This document shows, in pieces, positions 35,131 through 43,609 of a stretch of DNA of 61,593 bases. Source of the stretch: Acetofilamentum sp. (GTDB taxonomy: Bacteria; CAIWAD01). The number at the start of each line of letters is the position of its first letter. The stretch's first letter is position 1. Made by a program: the position numbers and the translations under genes. The stretch is from contig DYSB01000002.1 of NCBI GenBank assembly GCA_020726405.1, positions 1-61,593 of the forward strand, in the 5' to 3' direction. The notes under the pieces are model-generated. The model ran no database searches. It saw only the letters and a program-made list of their open reading frames with translations, and was not told the origin of the DNA.

Positions 35131-37332
35131 ATGACCGACGGCCCCGCTTCAACTCAACCCCGCCCGGAGGGCCCGTCGCCGGCGGTCTCTCGTATTTCGC
35201 CTCAACCGATCAACGATCTTCTGAACCAAGAATTGACCTGGCTCAAGGGCGTCGGGCCGCGCAAGGCGGAAGTCCTGGCCCGCCACGGCCTGCACACCGT
35301 CCATGACCTGCTGCAGTTCTACCCGCGCCGCTACCTGGACCGCACCTCGGTCACGCGCATCGCCGATTTCAACGCCGAGCTGGGCGAGATCACCGTCGTG
35401 GGCCGCATCCTGCACACCCAGGTGAAGGGCTTCGCCCGCGGCCAGCGCTTCGAGGCCGAGTTGCTGGACGGTTCCGGCCGCATGACCCTGGTCTGGTTCA
35501 ACCGCGTGGCCTGGGTGCAGAAATTCCTGCGCGCCGGGGACGTGATCGCCGCCAGCGGCAAGCCCGGCTTCTATCGCGGCTGGCAGTTCCAGCACCCCGC
35601 CGTGGAGAAGCTGGCCTTCGAGGAGACCGAGACCGACCCCGACGCCCCCTCCAGCGCACCGGAGGATCTGCAGTACCAGGGCCAAGTGGTGCCCATCTAC
35701 CCGGGCAGCGAGGAATTGCGCCGTGCCTGGCTGGACAGCCGCGCTCTCTCGCGCATCCTGCGCGGCCTCTTCCAGCGCCACCAGATTGAAGTTGCAGACC
35801 CCCTGCCCGCCGCGCTGAAACAGCGCTTCGGGCTGATGGATCTTTCGCAGGCCCTGCGCGACGTGCACACGGGCCAGACCCTGCAGGAGGTGGAGCTGGC
35901 CCGCCACCGGCTGAAGTTCGACGAGTTCTTCTGGCTGGAGTTGATGCTGGCCTGGCGCAAGGCCACCACCGCCCGCGCGGTCAAGGGTCTGCAGTTCCCG
36001 GCGGATCACGGCCTGGTGGAGCGCCTGCTGGCCTCGCTGCCCTTCCAGCTCACGGGCGGACAGCGCCGGGCCGTGGACGAGATCTTCCGCGACATGCGCT
36101 CGCCCCATCCCATGAACCGCCTGCTCCAGGGCGATGTGGGCTGCGGCAAGACGCTGGTGGCGCTGTGCGCCATGCTGCTCTGCGTGGACAACGGCTGTCA
36201 GGCGGCCCTGATGGCGCCCACGGAGATCCTGGCCGAGCAGCACGCCCGCACGCTGATCCGCCTGGCGGAGCCGCTGGGCTTGCGTGTCACGCTGCTGACG
36301 GGTTCGCGCAATGCGGCCAGCCGACGCAAGGCGCTGCAGGAGACGGCCTCCGGCTGGGCGCAAATCGTGGTGGGCACCCACGCGCTGATCCAGGAGGGCG
36401 TGAAATTCGCCCGGCTGGGGCTGGCGATCATCGACGAGCAGCACCGCTTCGGCGTGGAGCAGCGCGCCAAGTTGCGCCGCAAGGCCCCCGTGCTGGACAC
36501 GCTGGTGATGACCGCCACGCCCATTCCGCGCACGCTGGCCATCGTGGGCTATGGCGACATGGACATCTCGGTGATCCGCGAACTGCCGCCGGGCCGGCAG
36601 CCCATCACCACCGTCTGGCGGCGCGACAACAAGCGCGCGGAGATCTTCGGCTTCGTGCGCGACAAGGTCCAGGCGGACGCCCAGGCCTATGTGGTCTACC
36701 CGTTGGTGGAGGAATCCGAGAAGCTGGAGGACGTGAAGGCGGCGGAGAAGAACTTCGCCGAACTGGGCGCAAGCTGGTTGGCGGGTTGCCGGATGGGCCT
36801 CTTGCACGGACGGATGAAAGCGCCCGAGAAGGACGCCGTGATGCGCGACTTCCTGGCCGGCCGGCTGCAGGTGCTGATCGCCACCACTGTGGTCGAGGTG
36901 GGCGTGGACAATCCGCGCGCCACGCTGATGGTCGTGGAACAGGCCGAGCGCTTCGGCTTGGCCCAGCTCCATCAGTTGCGCGGCCGCGTGGGCCGCGGGT
37001 CGGGCAAGTCCTGGTGTGTGCTGGTGGCCGGTCCGCAGCTCAGCGACGAGGGCCGATCGCGGCTGGAGACCATGGCCGCCACCCAGGACGGCTTCGAGAT
37101 CGCCGAGGCCGACCTGCGCATGCGCGGCACGGGGGACTTCTTCGGCACGCGCCAGAGCGGGCTGCCCGAGTTCCGCATCGCGGACATCCTGCGGGACACG
37201 GAGCTGCTGGTGGTGGCGCGCGACGCCGCCTTCCAGCTGCTGGAGGACGACCCGGGTCTCAAGGGCGAGCCCGCGCTGCGTGAACATCTGCTGACCACCT
37301 ACGCCGATCGCCTGTCCCGGGTGGAGGACTGA
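35131..37332 (+). CDS. recG: ATP-dependent DNA helicase RecG
   Basis: Wedge domain, Walker A GDVGCGKT, DEQHRFG and a C-terminal TRG-type motif QLRGRVGRG. Confidence 0.95.
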   Translation: MTDGPASTQPRPEGPSPAVSRISPQPINDLLNQELTWLKGVGPRKAEVLARHGLHTVHDLLQFYPRRYLDRTSVTRIADFNAELGEITVVGRILHTQVKGFARGQRFEAELLDGSGRMTLVWFNRVAWVQKFLRAGDVIAASGKPGFYRGWQFQHPAVEKLAFEETETDPDAPSSAPEDLQYQGQVVPIYPGSEELRRAWLDSRALSRILRGLFQRHQIEVADPLPAALKQRFGLMDLSQALRDVHTGQTLQEVELARHRLKFDEFFWLELMLAWRKATTARAVKGLQFPADHGLVERLLASLPFQLTGGQRRAVDEIFRDMRSPHPMNRLLQGDVGCGKTLVALCAMLLCVDNGCQAALMAPTEILAEQHARTLIRLAEPLGLRVTLLTGSRNAASRRKALQETASGWAQIVVGTHALIQEGVKFARLGLAIIDEQHRFGVEQRAKLRRKAPVLDTLVMTATPIPRTLAIVGYGDMDISVIRELPPGRQPITTVWRRDNKRAEIFGFVRDKVQADAQAYVVYPLVEESEKLEDVKAAEKNFAELGASWLAGCRMGLLHGRMKAPEKDAVMRDFLAGRLQVLIATTVVEVGVDNPRATLMVVEQAERFGLAQLHQLRGRVGRGSGKSWCVLVAGPQLSDEGRSRLETMAATQDGFEIAEADLRMRGTGDFFGTRQSGLPEFRIADILRDTELLVVARDAAFQLLEDDPGLKGEPALREHLLTTYADRLSRVED

Positions 37333-39836
37333 TGCCCCGCCGCTGGGAGAATCCGCTGCTGCCCCTGCTGGCCGACGTGGCTCTGCCGCTGCCGCTGCCC
37401 AAACTCTACAGCTATGCCGTGCCGCCCGAGTTCGAAGGAGCGCTGGGACCCGGCTCCCGCGTGCTGGTGCCGCTGGGCGGCCAGCAGCTCATCGGCTACG
37501 TCACCGCCGTGGAGCGGCGCGAGCCGCCGCGTGGGCTGAAGCGCGTGCTGGACTTGATCGACGAGGAGCCGCTGCTGGACGAGGGTCTGATCCGCTTCTG
37601 CGAGCGGCTGGCCATCCACTACGTCTGTTCGCCCGGAGAGGTGCTCAAGGCCGCGCTGCCGCCAGGGATCAACGGCAGCGTGCAGTGCTGGTTCGAAGAG
37701 CAGCCCGACGTGGCCCTGCGCAAGCCGCTGCGACTCTCGGACCGCCGCGAGGCCATCCTGCGGCTGGTGCGCCAGCGCGGCACGGTCAGCCGGGCCTGGC
37801 TGGGCCAGGAACTGCAGGGCTCCCTGGCCCACGACCTCAACCAGCTGGTGGAGGCCGGCTTCCTGCTGCGCCGGGATTCCCTGGAGGGCGAGCGCCGCCG
37901 CGGCGCCATGCGGCGCATGCTCCTGCTGGCCCAGGCGGCAGGCACGCCCGAATACCGCGCCGAGCTGGCGACCCGCGAGAAGCGCGCGCCCCGCCAGGCG
38001 GCCCTGCTGCGTCTCTTGGCGGACAGCGGCCGGCTGGAGCGCGCGGACGCGCTGGCCCAGGGCTGGTCCGCAGCGCTGATTCGCACGATGCTGCAGGCGG
38101 GCGCTCTGCGCGAGGAACTGGAGCCGGAGATTCCGGCCACGGACTATGATCTGGACGCCAGCGTGCTGGGCCTGACCCTGAGCGCCGACCAGGCCGCGGT
38201 GGTGGAGGCCGTCGCCGCCGCCCTGCCCGGCCCGGGCAAGCGTCCGGGCCGCTTCCAGCCCTTCCTGCTGCGGGGTGTCACGGGCAGCGGCAAGACCCAG
38301 GTCTACCTGGAATTGGCGCGCCTGGCGCGCGCCGCGGGCTGCGGCGTGCTGGTGCTGGTGCCCGAGATCGCCCTCACGCCGCAGATCGTCGCCCGCTTCC
38401 AGGGCTACCTGGGCCAGTCCGTGGCCGTCATCCACAGCCAGCTCTCCGGCCCCCAGCGTTTCGCCATCTGGCGTTCGCTGAAGAGCGGCGCTGTGCGGGT
38501 GGTGATCGGCGCACGCAGCGCGCTGTTCGCGCCCGTCCAGCGCCTGGGCTTGATCGTGGTGGACGAGGAGCACGAGAGCTCCTTCAAGCAGGCCGAGCCC
38601 GCCCCGCGCTACCACGCCCGCGACGCCGCCGTGCTGCGGGCCCAGCAGCTGGGCATTCCTGTCCTGCTGGGTAGCGCCACGCCCTCGCTGGAATCCTGGA
38701 GGAACGCGCGCCAGGGCCGCTACCAACTGCTGGAGTTGCCCCGGCGGGTGGGCGGCCGGCCGCTGCCTGAAGTCCAACTGGTGGACATGCGCGCCGAGCG
38801 CGAGGATTTGGCCGGCCGCGGCGAGACGGCGCGCCATTTCAGCAAGGCGTTGATCGAGGCGCTGCTGGAGACCCACGGCGCCGGCCGCCAGGCCATCCTG
38901 CTGCAGAACCGGCGGGGCCACTCACCCTGGCTGCAGTGCCCGGCCTGCGGCGACGTGCTGCAGTGCCCGCGCTGCGACGTCTCGCTGGTCTGGCACCGCA
39001 GCACGGGCCTCTGCCACTGCCATCTTTGCGGGGTGGAGATCCAGCCGCCGCCGCTCTGCCCGGCCTGCAAAGGTGCCAAGCTCAGCTACTGGGGCGCCGG
39101 CACGCAGAAAATCGAGGAGGAGCTGGCCAGCATCCTGCCCGCGGCGCGCCTGCTGCGGATGGATCGCGACACCACCCAGCAGCGGGGCGCCTACGTGCGC
39201 ATGGTGCGCGAGTTCAACGCGGGCCACTACGACATCCTGCTGGGCACCCAGGGCGTGGCCAAGGGGCTGGATTTCGCCCGCGTCACGCTGGCCGGGATCA
39301 TCCAGGCCGACACGGAGCTGAACCTGCAGGACTTCCGCGCCCGGGAGTGGGGCTTCCAGCTGGTCAGCCAGCTGGCCGGCCGGGCGGGCCGCGGCGACCA
39401 GCCAGGCCGGGTCATCGTGCAGTCCCTGGATCCCTCCCACCCGGTGCTGCTCCAAGCAGCCCAACATGACTACCTTGCCTTCGCTGAGGCTGAGCTGGAG
39501 GTCCGCCAGCACGCGGGATACCCTCCCTTCACGCGGCTCTGCCGATTACTGATCAAGTCCACGGAAGAAACGCTGGCCGAGCGCGCCTGCCGTCGGTTGT
39601 ACGACGAGGTGCCGCGTCCGGCCGGGGTCGTGGCCTTGAATCCCGGACCGGCGCCCGTCCGCATGGTGCGGCGCGAATTCCGTCATCACCTGCTGCTGAA
39701 GTCCCGTCGCTCGGAAGATCCCGGCGGCCGGCTGCTGCGTCAGGCGGCGGAAGCCTGCCGGGACTATTTCCACAAACGGCTGAAGGAGCGTGACGTGAGT
39801 CTGATCATCGATATCGATCCCCAGGGCGTGATGTGA
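37332..39836 (+). CDS. priA: Primosomal protein N' (replication restart helicase PriA)
   Basis: 1-nt overlap with the recG stop. GVTGSGKT, DEEHE and the Cys-rich zinc insertion CPACGDVLQCPRCDVSLVWHRSTGLCHCHLCG...CPAC. Confidence 0.95.
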   Translation: MPRRWENPLLPLLADVALPLPLPKLYSYAVPPEFEGALGPGSRVLVPLGGQQLIGYVTAVERREPPRGLKRVLDLIDEEPLLDEGLIRFCERLAIHYVCSPGEVLKAALPPGINGSVQCWFEEQPDVALRKPLRLSDRREAILRLVRQRGTVSRAWLGQELQGSLAHDLNQLVEAGFLLRRDSLEGERRRGAMRRMLLLAQAAGTPEYRAELATREKRAPRQAALLRLLADSGRLERADALAQGWSAALIRTMLQAGALREELEPEIPATDYDLDASVLGLTLSADQAAVVEAVAAALPGPGKRPGRFQPFLLRGVTGSGKTQVYLELARLARAAGCGVLVLVPEIALTPQIVARFQGYLGQSVAVIHSQLSGPQRFAIWRSLKSGAVRVVIGARSALFAPVQRLGLIVVDEEHESSFKQAEPAPRYHARDAAVLRAQQLGIPVLLGSATPSLESWRNARQGRYQLLELPRRVGGRPLPEVQLVDMRAEREDLAGRGETARHFSKALIEALLETHGAGRQAILLQNRRGHSPWLQCPACGDVLQCPRCDVSLVWHRSTGLCHCHLCGVEIQPPPLCPACKGAKLSYWGAGTQKIEEELASILPAARLLRMDRDTTQQRGAYVRMVREFNAGHYDILLGTQGVAKGLDFARVTLAGIIQADTELNLQDFRAREWGFQLVSQLAGRAGRGDQPGRVIVQSLDPSHPVLLQAAQHDYLAFAEAELEVRQHAGYPPFTRLCRLLIKSTEETLAERACRRLYDEVPRPAGVVALNPGPAPVRMVRREFRHHLLLKSRRSEDPGGRLLRQAAEACRDYFHKRLKERDVSLIIDIDPQGVM

Positions 39837-40819
39837 GGGCGCCCTTCATCCCCTTCCTTCTCCTGCTGTTCTGGTGCTTGGCGGGCGCGCCTCTGCGGGC
39901 GGCGACCCTGACCGTGCCGCCCAGCATGCTGGACGGTCTGACACCGGCGGTGGCCGCCGGCTACGAGAGCCTGAACCTGGGAGACTTCCACCTGTTCTTT
40001 CATCAGGGCGACGGAACCTACGCCCGGCACGTGGCCAACGTGGTGCAGAGCAGCCAGCTCCGGCTGGCCGACGAGCTGGACATGCGCTCTTTCCACGGCA
40101 GCCAGATCGTGGTGGCCTGGGACCCCCAGCACTTCTACCGCCTGGCGGGCAGCGGCACGCCGCACTGGGCCGGCGCGGTGGCCAACTCCGAGCTGCGCCG
40201 CATCGTGCTGAAAAGCCCGCGCTGGGGCGACGCCCGGGACGATGCCGGCGCCACCATTCGTCACGAAATGACCCATCTGGCCGTGGGCCGGCTGCGCCGC
40301 GGCAATTGGATCCCGGTCTGGCTCGAAGAGGGCCTGGCCGTACGGCTCTCGGGCCTGCCGCTGGGGACGAATCCCGACGGCGGGCAGATGAGCCTCTCCA
40401 AGGCTCTCAGCACCGGCTCCCTGCCGGCACTGGAAAGCCTCGAGGACCTGAACTCATACGGCAACCTGGGTGCGGAACTCGCCTACCAGCAGGCGGAAAG
40501 CGCCGTGGACTTCTTTCTGGAGCGCCACGGGCGTGTGGCCCTGGTGCAGCTCCTGACCAAGGTGGGCCGCGGTGTGGGTTTCGAGGAAGCCTTCGACCAG
40601 GCCACGGGTGGCGGCTTCTACCGCTTCGAGAGCGAGTGGCGCACCTGGTTGAAGGCCAAGCGCGGCCTGTACTTCCTGGTGGACATCTCCAGCTGGATCT
40701 GGGGCGGCATCATCCTGCTGGCCGGCCTGACCTGGTGGATCCGCCGTCAGCGCGCCCGGCGGGTTCTCCAGCGGTGGCGGAGCGAAGAGGAGGAAGCGGA
40801 TGACGAATTTCTGACATGA
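39833..40819 (+). CDS. Peptidase-MA-like putative zinc metalloprotease with a C-terminal membrane anchor
   Basis: The GTG start overlaps the priA stop (GTGA). Signal peptide, HEMTH plus a downstream WLEEGLA, a C-terminal TM helix and a charged tail. Confidence 0.65.
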   Translation: MRAPFIPFLLLLFWCLAGAPLRAATLTVPPSMLDGLTPAVAAGYESLNLGDFHLFFHQGDGTYARHVANVVQSSQLRLADELDMRSFHGSQIVVAWDPQHFYRLAGSGTPHWAGAVANSELRRIVLKSPRWGDARDDAGATIRHEMTHLAVGRLRRGNWIPVWLEEGLAVRLSGLPLGTNPDGGQMSLSKALSTGSLPALESLEDLNSYGNLGAELAYQQAESAVDFFLERHGRVALVQLLTKVGRGVGFEEAFDQATGGGFYRFESEWRTWLKAKRGLYFLVDISSWIWGGIILLAGLTWWIRRQRARRVLQRWRSEEEEADDEFLT

Positions 40820-40880
40820 TCCGGCACGGATCGTGACAACTTCCGGTTGAACATGGAATTTGATTCACATTGAATCTTCA

Positions 40881-40906
40881 GAGCCCGCGCCGCACCGCGC
40901 GGGCTC
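40881..40906 (+). terminator. GC hairpin downstream of the peptidase-MA-like gene
   Basis: GAGCCCGCG(c)..(g)CGCGGGCTC gives 9-10 bp. The U-tract is poor. Confidence 0.45.
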
Positions 40907-41072
40907 TCCGCTCCTGATTTACCGGATTCGGTTCAAGGAGGAGGCGCCCAATCCCGCGCGTGTTCCCATTCCGCATGTGATCTTTTTGTCCAACAATAAG
41001 ATCGCCCTCAGCACAGACGCGCATTCCCGGAAAAATATCTCAGTGGGATCGGGAAAATTCTCAAAAACCCCC

Positions 41073-41101
41073 TTGCATCTTAGCTTTGCTCCCGCTAGAT
41101 T
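41073..41101 (+). promoter_or_regulatory. Sigma70-like promoter candidate (TTGCAT-17 nt-TAGATT)
   Basis: The hexamers are seen directly in a lower-GC 400-bp non-coding stretch and would give a leader of about 130 nt for the gene at 41237. The promoter consensus of this lineage is unknown. Confidence 0.3.
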
Positions 41102-41236
41102 TGCCCTCGAATTAGCAATCAAACCCACCTCCTTCTGCAAAGCCGAAACAACTGGTGTCACGCGATACGCGTGTCTGCTTGGTCCAATTAGCAGGGCCGG
41201 TGGAACGCTGTCGCAAATCAAGAAGGGGGCTTCACA

Positions 41237-42274
41237 ATGAAGCGTTTCGTCACGTTGCTTACGGTCTCGATCACGATGGCGGGCTTGGCCTTTGCGGGTC
41301 ATCCCATGGTTGAACCCGAGGTCGAGGGTGGCGTTGGTTTCCCGTTCCACCCCGGTGCCTACATCACGTCCTCCCTGAATGCAGACTTCGTCTGGAACGA
41401 GTGCTTCTGCATGGAGTTCGATCCGCAGAATCCGAACTACACCGAGTTTCCGGCGACGGGCGACCCGGCAGTGGTTGCACCCTATCATGTCATGCGGATG
41501 AACGGCTATCAGAGTGTTCCGACCTACCTGCAGAGCCCGGCCAGCTACAACTATGACCAGATGGTCTTGGACATGACCTTCTACTTCGCCGCCAGCGAGT
41601 GCGCGGACGCCCTGGGCTACTACATCACCCCGACGGCCCTCACGGCCGCTCCCGCGGGCGAAGTCCTGGCTTCCGGCCTGTCCTTCATCATCGACCGCAT
41701 GGGTTCCATGTCCACCATCGAGGTGTATGATGACGGCGCCCTGGTCACCACCGCCGTTATGCCGGTCTATGACAGCAACTTCCACCTGCTGCGCATCCGC
41801 TATGACGAGCTGAACCAGAAGGTCCGCATCGACCTGTTCGAGATGCTGAGCGAAGTGAACGTCCTGCCCTGGACCACGGTCAGTGGCCCGGCCGCCGGTT
41901 ACGTGGGCTTCGGCGGGTTCGCCACCAGTGGTTGCTTCCAGTACATCGACGACATCTGCCTCTATGTGACCGATGACGACGAATACGTAATGAGCAGCCC
42001 CGATGCGCCGGTGGCCTACACCTTGGCCCAGAACTTCCCGAACCCCTTCAACCCGACAACCACGATTTCTTTCACCATGCCCGAGACGGGCGCGGCGAGC
42101 CTGAAGGTCTTCGACCTGGCCGGACACGAAGTCGCCACCCTGGTCAACGGTCTCATGGCCCGCGGCGAGCAGAACGTGGTCTTCGATGCCTCCAACCTGA
42201 ACTCGGGCGTGTACTTCTACACCTTCGAGACGGCTGGTGTCAGCGAGACTCGCAAGATGGTGCTGATCAAGTAA
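41237..42274 (+). CDS. Hypothetical secreted protein with a T9SS type-A C-terminal domain
   Basis: AAGGGGG upstream and a signal peptide MKRFVTLLTVSITMAGLAFA. A beta-rich body (possibly LamG/concanavalin-like) is followed by QNFPNPFNPTTTISF...GVYFYTF...KMVLIK. Confidence 0.8.
   Translation: MKRFVTLLTVSITMAGLAFAGHPMVEPEVEGGVGFPFHPGAYITSSLNADFVWNECFCMEFDPQNPNYTEFPATGDPAVVAPYHVMRMNGYQSVPTYLQSPASYNYDQMVLDMTFYFAASECADALGYYITPTALTAAPAGEVLASGLSFIIDRMGSMSTIEVYDDGALVTTAVMPVYDSNFHLLRIRYDELNQKVRIDLFEMLSEVNVLPWTTVSGPAAGYVGFGGFATSGCFQYIDDICLYVTDDDEYVMSSPDAPVAYTLAQNFPNPFNPTTTISFTMPETGAASLKVFDLAGHEVATLVNGLMARGEQNVVFDASNLNSGVYFYTFETAGVSETRKMVLIK
42023..42271 (+). other. T9SS type-A C-terminal domain
   Basis: LAQNFPNPFNPTTTISFTMPETGAASLKVFDLAGHEVATLV...SGVYFYTFETAGVSETRKMVLIK. 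Confidence 0.8.
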
Positions 42275-42290
42275 TTCCCGATCGATTGAA

Positions 42291-42322
42291 ACCGGGCCTC
42301 CTGCGGGAGGCCCGGTTTTTTT
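42291..42322 (+). terminator. Intrinsic terminator
   Basis: 11-bp stem ACCGGGCCTCC/GGAGGCCCGGT, loop TGCG, then T7. Confidence 0.85.
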
Positions 42323-42460
42323 CACCTTGTCCCCACAAGCGTGAAAGGCATTCAAGTCCAGCCTCCCCCGACTATCCCCAACGTACTCTCGCCCGGCCCC
42401 TGATTACAGGCGTCGGGCTTTTTCATGGCAGGGAAATGGGTTCTGATTCGGTTGCAGCGC

Positions 42461-43084
42461 TCAGGTCAATCGGGGAACCCGGAAGCCCAGGCCGCCCTCC
42501 ACCTCGGACTCAGGCAGCTTGCCCTGACTCCAGAGGATGCGGTCCCGGGCCACGCGGAACAAGAGCTCCAGGTCGGCGCGCACCTCGGCACCGTCCAGCA
42601 CTCCCAGGGCCCGGGCGATGGCTTCCAAGGTGGACAACTGATGCGGATGCGGCGCGTTGCGCAGCCGGTACTGGGAGGGGCGTTCAAAGGGAAGGCAAAC
42701 GCGCGGGATGGCGCGCAGCTCAGCCTGGCGCAGGGGGATCTTGCGTGCCAGGTTCCAGGTGCCGTCGGGCACGAACAGGGTCACCGGCCGCTCATCCGCC
42801 GCCGCGTAGGCGGCGTCCAACGGCAGCGCGTCGGCCGAGGGGAAAAGCAGGATGGGTCGCCGGGCGGGATCCAGCAGGTCGCTCAGGTCGAGCGGTTGAT
42901 CCTGCCGTCCGCGCAGCCGGATCTCCATGTTGTCCAAGGCCGCCAGCGCCAAACGGCCCGTGTTGCTCTGCCGCTTGACCTCGATATGGTGCATCACCAG
43001 GACCAGCTTGGTGCGCAGGGAGTGGCGCGGCACCAGACCGCACACGCACAAATCCGCCAGCATGCGGCAGTGCGGGCAGCTCAA
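42461..43084 (-). CDS. DTW-domain tRNA-uridine aminocarboxypropyltransferase
   Basis: N-terminal CPHC...CVC cysteine cluster and the DTW motif in LFVPDGTWNLARK. Confidence 0.8.
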   Translation of the reverse strand: MSCPHCRMLADLCVCGLVPRHSLRTKLVLVMHHIEVKRQSNTGRLALAALDNMEIRLRGRQDQPLDLSDLLDPARRPILLFPSADALPLDAAYAAADERPVTLFVPDGTWNLARKIPLRQAELRAIPRVCLPFERPSQYRLRNAPHPHQLSTLEAIARALGVLDGAEVRADLELLFRVARDRILWSQGKLPESEVEGGLGFRVPRLT

Positions 43085-43133
43085 CCCGACGTTGAGCGCC
43101 TGCCGGCGCAGCCGTCGGGGCCGCTCGGACCCC

Positions 43134-43607
43134 TCATTGCCGGTCGTAACGCTGCACCTCCGGTGTCACCACCGTCAATTCCACGCCGGCGGCGCGGAAG
43201 ATCTCCCGCGAATCCTGCGCGGCGTGGTACATGCGCTCCGCCACCACCCGCGTGATCCCCACGCTGACGATGAGCATGGCGCAGGTGCGGCAGGGTTCCA
43301 TGGTGCAATACAGGGTGGCGCCGTCCAGCGCTGTGCCGTGCCGGGCCGCCTGGCAGATGGCGTTCTGTTCGGCGTGGATCGTGCGCACGCAATGCTGGCT
43401 GACCTGGCCATCGTCGTCCATCACGGTCTTCAGCAGATGGCCGGCCTCGTCGCAGTGGGGACTGCCCGGCGGCGAACCCACATAGCCCGTGCAGATGATG
43501 CGCTTGTCGCGCACGATCAGACAGCCGCTCATGCCCCGGTCACAGGTGGCCCGCTTGGCCACTTCGCGCACCAGGCCCAGAAAGTACTCGTCCCAGCTGG
43601 GGCGCAC
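43134..43607 (-). CDS. Deoxycytidylate (dCMP) deaminase, ComEB family
   Basis: WDEYFL start, HAEQNAI and the zinc motif TMEPCRTCA. Confidence 0.9.
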   Translation of the reverse strand: MRPSWDEYFLGLVREVAKRATCDRGMSGCLIVRDKRIICTGYVGSPPGSPHCDEAGHLLKTVMDDDGQVSQHCVRTIHAEQNAICQAARHGTALDGATLYCTMEPCRTCAMLIVSVGITRVVAERMYHAAQDSREIFRAAGVELTVVTPEVQRYDRQ

Positions 43608-43609
43608 GA

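Noticed and set aside
34665-35132. 155-aa minus-strand ORF taken at face value.
   Set aside because: Its start codon overlaps the recG start, leaving no room for its own promoter outside recG. Its second half is GC-type junk (C/W/P/R-rich). It is kept only as an alternative within the finding on this region.
40860-41240. 126-aa ORF filling the spacer upstream of the T9SS cargo gene.
   Set aside because: It has no SD and an odd composition. It spans a terminator hairpin and a promoter-like element, so it is more likely non-coding leader or promoter DNA.
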